Positions 54,961 through 64,000 of a stretch of 64,000 nt of DNA are shown one piece after another (position 1 is the stretch's first letter; each line of letters opens with the position of its first letter). Under the pieces are notes generated by a model. The model saw only the letters and a program-made list of their open reading frames with translations, was not told the DNA's origin and searched no databases. Source of the DNA: Bugula neritina (Eukaryota > Animalia > Bryozoa). Where the stretch lies: positions 310,001 through 374,000 of the forward strand of contig CAXIUT010000103.1 in assembly GCA_964035545.1 (NCBI GenBank), in the 5' to 3' direction. A program made the translations under genes and the position numbers.

Positions 54961-57900
54961 GTGTACAATGCAAAGGTCTTCCAGCATCACGGGTATTTCC
55001 ATAATAACTGCAAGGCCAAACTTTTGCTGATGGACAATCAGACAGAAAAACTCTTGCAAATAACAAAACTAATATTAGCCTGTGTCTGCTTCTTATAAAC
55101 ACAAAGAACAAAATTTTGGGAAAGATAACTCCCAACACACCTATCTTGCAACTGGTGCTGGTGCAATGAAATTGAAGGGTTATGTTTCATAGTCATATTT
55201 TCAACTAGTACTTCTAACTGCAAAGAAATAACATTGCAGAAAAAAGTGAAGATGTGAAGCACTGTAGATTTATGGTAAGTTCTAATATGCGTTTGATATT
55301 ATTTATTTGTCCAGAAAATAATATTATATTATATTTTATTCTACTCAGTAGTACCAACAATGAATATTTTATCATTGTTTATGGCAGTCGTGAATCTCAA
55401 CAATGAATAATAATAATATGCATTGTCAATTTTCACAAAGTAGCAGTCTTCAGTCAGCCCTCTCTAGTTCAAGATGGGCATCACTATACACACAAGAGTT
55501 AAGAACTTTAATGAGTCCTGTCAGCTAACCAGCTCATGAAGTCTACACAGTTTGATTGCAGGCGTTTGCATTTGACATTAGGACTAAAGTGTTGACTACA
55601 TGGAGATTTCAACTTCAATTGTTAATCAACTAATTGTTTTGGATCTACTTGTTACATCTGGCTTACTCTTTCTGGTAGGTTTATTTCATTAACTTTCTAG
55701 ACTGATTTTCTTAACTTTCTGAAGAGTTTGTTGTGATGCGAAATATTACCAAATATCTCATGGCGACATGCCAATACAGTTAACACAGTAATTAAGCACT
55801 GGTGTCTTTGAAGCAGGCATCAAGTTTTGCATAAAAAAATTTATCAAGTATCTAAACACATGCAAGTGATGAGTTTGGAGATATTATTTAAAACTACAAA
55901 AGTTTCCACGCCGCTTGTAAATCAAAAGTGGACAATTGCTGCAAACACCTCTTTTCATGGAATGACTCATTTATTTCTCATATGTTTGCAAAAGCATCTA
56001 AAATTAGTTTTTGCTCTAGCAAAAAATAACACTGTGAAATGGCGCTGCAGATGAGCTTTCTCTTTTAATATGAAAACTGATGATTGAAGAGCAATATAGT
56101 CTACTAACAAAATGGGTTTTAGCAGTGACTCATCTCCACTGCCTGTAAACTATAAAGCTTCAAATCGTATACTGCAGGCCCATGGGCCAACTGTAGAACA
56201 ATAACACAATTCACATGAGTCAGGATTGCTGGTTGTTAGAGGGGACAGGGGGGCAGGAGAGGGGATTGGAAAATAAAACATCTAAATTCAATAGTAAAGT
56301 CGGGTGTACAATGCAAAGGTCTTCCAGCATCACTGGTATTTCCATAATAACTGCAAGGCCAAACTTTTGCTGATGGACAATCAGACAGAAAAACTCTTGC
56401 AAATAACAAAACTAATATTAGCCTGTGTCTGCTTCGTATAAACACAAAGAACAAAATTTTGGGAAAGATAACTCCCAACACACCTATCTTGCAACCGGTG
56501 CTGGTGCAATGAAATTGAAGGGCTATGTTTAATAGTCCTATATTCAGCTAGTACTTCTAACTAGAAAGAAATAACATTGCCGGAAAAGTTGAAGAGGTGA
56601 AGCACTGTAGAGTTATGGCAAGTTAGATTCTCTATATGATATTATTTATCTGTCAAGAAAATATTATATTATATTTTATTCTACTCACTAGTACCAACAA
56701 TGAATATTTTATCATTGTTTATGGCAGTCGTGAATCTCAACAATGAATAATAATAATACGCATTGTCAATTTTCACAAAGTAGCAGTCTTCAGTCAGCCC
56801 TCTCTAGTTCAAGATGGGCATCACTATACACACAAGAGTTAAGAACTTTAATGAGTCCTGTCAGGTAACCAGCTCATGAAGTCTACACAGTTTGGTTGCA
56901 GACGTTTGCATTTGACATTAGGATTAAAGTGTTCACTACATGGAGACTTCAACTTCAATTGTTAATCAACTTGTTTTGGATCTACTTGTCACATCTGGCT
57001 TACTCTCTCTGGTAGGTTTATTTCATTAACTTTCTAGACTGATTTTCTTAACTTTCTGAAGAGTTTGTTGTGATGCGAAATATTACCAAATATCTCATGG
57101 CAACATGCCAATACAGTTAACACAGTAATTAAGCACTGGTGTCTTTGAAGCAGGCATCAAGTTTTGCATGAAAAAATTATCAAGTATCTAAACACATGCA
57201 AGTGATGAGTTTGGAGATATTATTTAAAACTACAAAAGTTTCCATGCCGCTTGTAAATCAAAAGTGGACAATTGCTGCAAACACCTCTTTTCATGGAATG
57301 ACTCATTTATTTCTCATATGTTTGCAAAGGCATCTAAAATTATTTATTGCTCTAGCAAAATAAAACACTGTGAAATGGCGCTGCAGATGAGCTTTCTCTT
57401 TTAATATGAAAACTGATGATTGAAGAGCAATATAGTCTACTAACAAAATGGGTTTTAGCAGTGACTCATCTCCACTGCCTGTAAACTATAAAGCTTCAAA
57501 TCGTATACTGTAGGCCCATGGGCCAACTCTAGCACAATAACACAATTCACATGAGTCAGGATTGCTGGTTGTTAGAGGGGACAGGGGGGGCAGGAGAGGG
57601 GATGGGATAATAAAACATCTAAATTCAATAGTAAAAGCGGGTGTACAATGCAAAGGTCTTCCAGCATCACTGGTATTTCCATAATAACTGCAAGGCCAAA
57701 CTTTTGCTGATGGACAATCAGACAGAAAAACTCTTGCAAATAACAAAACTAATATTAGCCTGTGTCTGCTTCGTATAAACACAAAGAACAAAATTTTGGG
57801 AAAGATAACTCCCAACACACCTATCTTGCAACTGGTGCTGGTGCAATGAAATTGAAGGGTTATGTTTCATAGTCATATTTTCAACTAGTACTTCTAACTG

Positions 57901-60900
57901 CAAAGAAATAACATTGCAGAAAAAAGTGAAGATGTGAAGCACTGTAGATTTATGGTAAGTTATAATATGCATTTGATATTATTTATTTGTCCAGAAAATA
58001 ATATTATATTATATTTTATTCTACTCAGTAGTACCAACAATGAATATTTTATCATTGTTTATGGCAGTCGTGAATCTCAACAATGAATAATAATAATATG
58101 CATTGTCAATTTTCACAAAGTAGCAGTCTTCAGTCAGCCCTCTCTAGTTCAAGATGGGCATCACTATACACACAAGAGTTAAGAACTTTAATGAGTCCTG
58201 TCAGCTAACCAGCTCATGAAGTCTACACAGTTTGATTGCAGGCGTTTGCATTTGACATTAGGACTAAAGTGTTGACTACATGGAGATTTCAACTTCAATT
58301 GTTAATCAACTAATTGTTTTGGATCTACTTGTTACATCTGGCTTACTCTTTCTGGTAGGTTTATTTCATTAACTTTCTAGACTGATTTTCTTAACTTTCT
58401 GAAGAGTTTGTTGTGATGCGAAATATTACCAAATATCTCATGGCAACATGCCAATACAGTTAACACAGTAATTAAGCACTGGTGTCTTTGAAGCAGGCAT
58501 CAAGTTTTGCATGAAAAAATTTATCAAGTATCTAAACACATGCAAGTGATGAGTTTGGAGATATTATTTAAAACTACAAAAGTTTCCATGCCGCTTGTAA
58601 ATCAAAAGTGGACAATTGCTGCAAACACCTCTTTTCATGGAATGACTCATTTATTTCTCATATGTTTGCAAAGGCATCTAAAATTATTTATTGCTCTAGC
58701 AAAATAAAACACTGTGAAATGGCGCTGCAGATGAGCTTTCTCTTTTAATATGAAAACTGATGATTGAAGAGCAATATAGTCTACTAACAAAATGGGTTTT
58801 AGCAGTGACTCATCTCCACTGCCTGTAAACTATAAAGCTTCAAATCGTATACTGTAGGCCCATGGGCCAACTCTAGCACAATAACACAATTCACATGAGT
58901 CAGGATTGCTGGTTGTTAGAGGGGACAGGGGGGGCAGGAGAGGGGATGGGATAATAAAACATCTAAATTCAATAGTAAAAGCGGGTGTACAATGCAAAGG
59001 TCTTCCAGCATCACTGGTATTTCCATAATAACTGCAAGGCCAAACTTTTGCTGATGGACAATCAGACAGAAAAACTCTTGCAAATAACAAAACTAATATT
59101 AGCCTGTGTCTGCTTCTTATAAACACAAAGAACAAAATTTTGGGAAAGATAACTCCCAACACACCTATCTTGCAACTGGTGCTGGTGCAATGAAATTGAA
59201 GGGTTATGTTTCATAGTCATATTTTCAACTAGTACTTCTAACTGCAAAGAAATAACATTGCAGAAAAAAGTGAAGATGTGAAGCACTGTAGATTTATGGT
59301 AAGTTATAATATGCATTTGATATTATTTATTTGTCCAGAAAATAATATTATATTATATTTTATTCTACTCAGTAGTACCAACAATGAATATTTTATCATT
59401 GTTTATGGCAGTCGTGAATCTCAACAATGAATAATAATAATATGCATTGTCAATTTTCACAAAGTAGCAGTCTTCAGTCAGCCCTCTCTAGTTCAAGATG
59501 GGCATCACTATACACACAAGAGTTAAGAACTTTAATGAGTCCTGTCAGCTAACCAGCTCATGAAGACTACACAGTTTGATTGCAGGCGTTTGCATTTGAC
59601 ATTAGGACTAAAGTGTTGACTACATGGAGATTTCAACTTCAATTGTTAATCAACTAATTGTTTTGGATCTACTTGTTACATCTGGCTTACTCTTTCTGGT
59701 AGGTTTATTTCATTAACTTTCTAGACTGATTTTCTTAACTTTCTGAAGAGTTTGTTGTGATGCGAAATATTACCAAATATCTCATGGCAACGTGCCAATA
59801 CAGTTAACACAGTAATTAAGCACTGGTGTCTTTGAAGCAGGCATCAAGTTTTGCATAAAAAAATTTATCAAGTATCTAAACACATGCAAGTGATGAGTTT
59901 GGAGATATTATTTAAAACTACAAAAGTTTCCATGCCGCTTGTAAATCAAAAGTGGACAATTGCTGCAAACACCTCTTTTCATGGAATGACTCATTTATTT
60001 CTCATATGTTTGCAAAGGCATCTAAAATTAGTTTTTGCTCTAGCAAAATATAACACTGTGAAATGGCGCTGCAGATGAGCTTTCTCTTTTAATATGAAAA
60101 CTGATGATTGAAGAGCAATATAGTCTACTAACAAAATGGGTTTTAGCAGTGACTCATCTCCACTGCCTGTAAACTATAAAGCTTCAAATCGTATACTGTA
60201 GGCCCATGGGCCAACTCTAGCACAATAACACAATTCACATGAGTCAGGATTGCTGGTTGTTAGAGGGGACAGGGGGGGCAGGAGAGGGGATGGGAAAATA
60301 AAACATCTAAATTCAATAGTAAAAGCGGGTGTACAATGCAAAGGTCTTCCAGCATCACTGGTATTTCCATAATAACTGCAAGGCCAAACTTTTGCTGATG
60401 GACAATCAGACAGAAAAACTCTTGCAAATAACAAAACTAATATTAGCCTGTGTCTGCTTCTTATAAACACAAAGAACAAAATTTTGGGAAAGATAACTCC
60501 CAACACACCTATCTTGCAACTGGTGCTGGTGCAATGAAATTGAAGGGTTATGTTTCATAGTCATATTTTCAACTAGTACTTCTAACTGCAAAGAAATAAC
60601 ATTGCAGAAAAAAGTGAAGATGTGAAGCACTGTAGATTTATGGTAAGTTATAATATGCATTTGATATTATTTATTTGTCCAGAAAATAATATTATATTAT
60701 ATTTTATTCTACTCAGTAGTACCAACAATGAATATTTTATCATTGTTTATGGCAGTCGTGAATCTCAACATTGAATAATAATAATATGCATTGTCAATTT
60801 TCACAAAGTAGCAGTCTTCAGTCAGCCCTCTCTAGTTCAAGATGGGCATCACTATACACACAAGAGTTAAGAACTTTAATGAGTCCTGTCAGCTAACCAG

Positions 60901-63900
60901 CTCATGAAGTCTACACAGTTTGATTGCAGGCGTTTGCATTTGACATTAGGACTAAAGTGTTGACTACATGGAGATTTCAACTTCAATTGTTAATCAACTA
61001 ATTGTTTTGGATCTACTTGTTACATCTGGCTTACTCTTTCTGGTAGGTTTATTTCATTAACTTTCTAGACTGATTTTCTTAACTTTCTGAAGAGTTTGTT
61101 GTGATGCGAAATATTACCAAATATCTCATGGCAACATGCCAATACAGTTAACACAGTAATTAAGCACTGGTGTCTTTGAAGCAGGCATCAAGTTTTGCAT
61201 AAAAAAATTTATCAAGTATCTAAACACATGCAAGTGATGAGTTTGGAGATATTATTTAAAACTACAAAAGTTTCCATGCCGCTTGTAAATCAAAAGTGGA
61301 CAATTGCTGCAAACACCTCTTTTCATAGAATCACTCATTTATTTCTCATATGTTTGCAAAGGCATCTAAAATTAGTTTTTGCTCTAGCAAAATATAACAC
61401 TGTGAAATGGCGCTGCAGATGAGCTTTCTCTTTTAATATGAAAACTGATGATTGAAGAGCAATATAGTCTACTAACAAAATGGGTTTTAGCAGTGACTCA
61501 TCTCCACTGCCTGTAAACTATAAAGCTTCAAATCGTATACTGCAGGCCCATGGGCCAACTCTAGAACAATAACACAATTCACATGAGTCAGGATTGCTGG
61601 TTGTTAGAGGGGACAGGGGGGCAGGAGAGGGGATGGGAAAATAAAACATCTAAATTCAATAGTAAAGGCGGGTGTACAATGCAAAGGTCTTCCAGCATCA
61701 CTGGTATTTCCATAATAACTGCAAGGCCAAACTTTTGCTGATGGACAATCAGACAGAAAAACTCTTGCAAATAACAAAACTAATATTAGCCTGTGTCTGC
61801 TTCGTATAAACACAAAGAACAAAATTTTGGGAAAGATAACTCCCAACACACCTATCTTGCAACCGGTGCTGGTGCAATGAAATTGAAGGGCTATGTTTCA
61901 TAGTCCTATATTCAGCTAGTACTTCTAACTAGAAAGAAATAACATTGCCGGAAAAGTTGAAGAGGTGAAGCACTGTAGAGTTATGGCAAGTTAGATTCTC
62001 TATATGATATTATTTATCTGTCAAGAAAATATTATATTATATTTTATTCTACTCACTAGTACCAACAATGAATATTTTATCATTGTTTATGGCAGTCGTG
62101 AATCTCAACAATGAATAATAATAATACGCATTGTCAATTTTCACAAAGTAGCAGTCTTCAGTCAGCCCTCTCTAGTTCAAGATGGGCATCACTATACACA
62201 CAAGAGTTAAGAACTTTAATGAGTCCTGTCAGCTAACCAGCTCATGAAGTCTACACAGTTTGGTTGCAGACGTTTGCATTTGACATTAGGACTAAAGTGT
62301 TGACTACATGGAGATTTCAACTTCAATTGTTAATCAACTTGTTTTGGATCTACTTGTTACATCTGGCTTACTCTCTCTGGTAGGTTTATTTCATTAACTT
62401 TCTATACTGATTTTCTTAACTTTCTGAAGAGTTTGTTGTGATGCGAAATATTACCAAATATCTCATGGCAACATGCCAATACAGTTAACACAGTAATTAA
62501 GCACTGGTGTCTTTGAAGCAGGCATCAAGTTTTGCATAAAAAAATTTATCAAGTATCTAAACACATGCAAGTGATGAGTTTGGAGATATTATTTAAAACT
62601 ACAAAAGTTTCCATGCCGCTTGTAAATCAAAAGTGGACAATTGCTGCAAACACCTCTTTTCATGGAAAGACTCATTTATTTCTCATATGTTTGCAAAGGC
62701 ATCTAAAATTAGTTTTTGCTCTAGCAAAATATAACACTGTGAAATGGCGCTGCAGATGAGCTTTCTCTTTTAATATGAAAACTGATGATTGAAGAGCAAT
62801 ATAGTCTACTAACAAAATGGGTTTTAGCAGTGACTCATCTCCACTGCCTGTAAACTATAAAGCTTCAAATCGTATACTGTAGGCCCATGGGCCAACTCTA
62901 GCACAATAACACAATTCACATGAGTCAGGATTGCTGGTTGTTAGAGGGGACAGGGGGGGCAGGAGAGGGGATGGGAAAATAAAACATCTAAATTCAATAG
63001 TAAAAGCGGGTGTACAATGCAAAGGTCTTCCAGCATCACTGGTATTTCCATAATAACTGCAAGGCCAAACTTTTGCTGATGGACAATCAGACAGAAAAAC
63101 TCTTGCAAATAACAAAACTAATATTAGCCTGTGTCTGCTTCTTATAAACACAAAGAACAAAATTTTGGGAAAGATAACTCCCAACACACCTATCTTGCAA
63201 CTGGTGCTGGTGCAATGAAATTGAAGGGTTATGTTTCATAGTCATATTTTCAACTAGTACTTCTAACTGCAAAGAAATAACATTGCAGAAAAAAGTGAAG
63301 ATGTGAAGCACTGTAGATTTATGGTAAGTTATAATATGCATTTGATATTATTTATTTGTCCAGAAAATAATATTATATTATATTTTATTCTACTCAGTAG
63401 TACCAACAATGAATATTTTATCATTGTTTATGGCAGTCGTGAATCTCAACATTGAATAATAATAATATGCATTGTCAATTTTCACAAAGTAGCAGTCTTC
63501 AGTCAGCCCTCTCTAGTTCAAGATGGGCATCACTATACACACAAGAGTTAAGAACTTTAATGAGTCCTGTCAGCTAACCAGCTCATGAAGTCTACACAGT
63601 TTGATTGCAGGCGTTTGCATTTGACATTAGGACTAAAGTGTTGACTACATGGAGATTTCAACTTCAATTGTTAATCAACTAATTGTTTTGGATCTACTTG
63701 TTACATCTGGCTTACTCTTTCTGGTAGGTTTATTTCATTAACTTTCTAGACTGATTTTCTTAACTTTCTGAAGAGTTTGTTGTGATGCGAAATATTACCA
63801 AATATCTCATGGCAACATGCCAATACAGTTAACACAGTAATTAAGCACTGGTGTCTTTGAAGCAGGCATCAAGTTTTGCATAAAAAAATTTATCAAGTAT

Positions 63901-64000
63901 CTAAACACATGCAAGTGATGAGTTTGGAGATATTATTTAAAACTACAAAAGTTTCCATGCCGCTTGTAAATCAAAAGTGGACAATTGCTGCAAACACCTC

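Larger units (their letters stand above)
15145..64000 (-). repeat. Same ~1.34-kb monomer array in inverted orientation, right arm (~36.4 monomers; continues beyond the window end)
   Basis: The reverse-complement anchor GGTGTCTTTGAAGCAGGCATCA ends at 15511 and recurs every ~1337-1351 bp. The repeated ORF-track peptides switch strand (MHKK... is on - before 14774 and on + from 15516, 16858, 18199 ... 62532). Confidence 0.99.

Noticed and set aside
528-63341. Recurrent 60-110 aa ORFs (MHIITYHK..., MHKKIYQV..., MLGVIFPK..., MYNAKVFQ...) as a tandem gene family
   Set aside because: They overlap on both strands, often start at non-ATG codons and have no recognisable domain. They are freely broken by stops, 1-bp indels and homopolymer length changes among copies, and they recur only because the monomer does.
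1-64000. CRISPR array or prokaryotic system
   Set aside because: There are no short repeats with unique spacers and no cas or other genes. The entire unit is repeated.

Overview
The whole 64-kb window is one non-coding tandem array (a macrosatellite or long-monomer satellite) of a ~1.34-kb monomer. The monomer is AT-rich (~35% GC by hand count) and CpG-depleted, and there are about 47-48 copies. About 11.3 copies run in one orientation (1-15144) and about 36.4 in the opposite orientation (15145-64000). The two blocks meet at a zero-spacer fold-back, ...AGAGGGCT|AGCCCTCT..., centred at 15144/15145, with a 122-bp perfect palindromic core. Beyond that core the arms differ by a few percent and carry arm-specific alleles, so the junction does not look like a read-level fold-back chimera. 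The arms share a divergent ~150-bp 'B' sub-block, and the haplotype just left of the junction recurs, inverted, 35-42 kb away in the other arm. Local 2-, 3- and 5-monomer duplications are visible. Each monomer carries a canonical G-quadruplex motif with a bimodally variable G-run, up to three AP-1-type TGASTCA motifs, two ACAATG/CATTGT dyads and a 12-bp palindrome. I find no supportable protein-coding gene, RNA gene or intact transposon, and the ORF track simply repeats with the monomer. I cannot name the organism or the repeat family; a eukaryote with CpG methylation is inferred.
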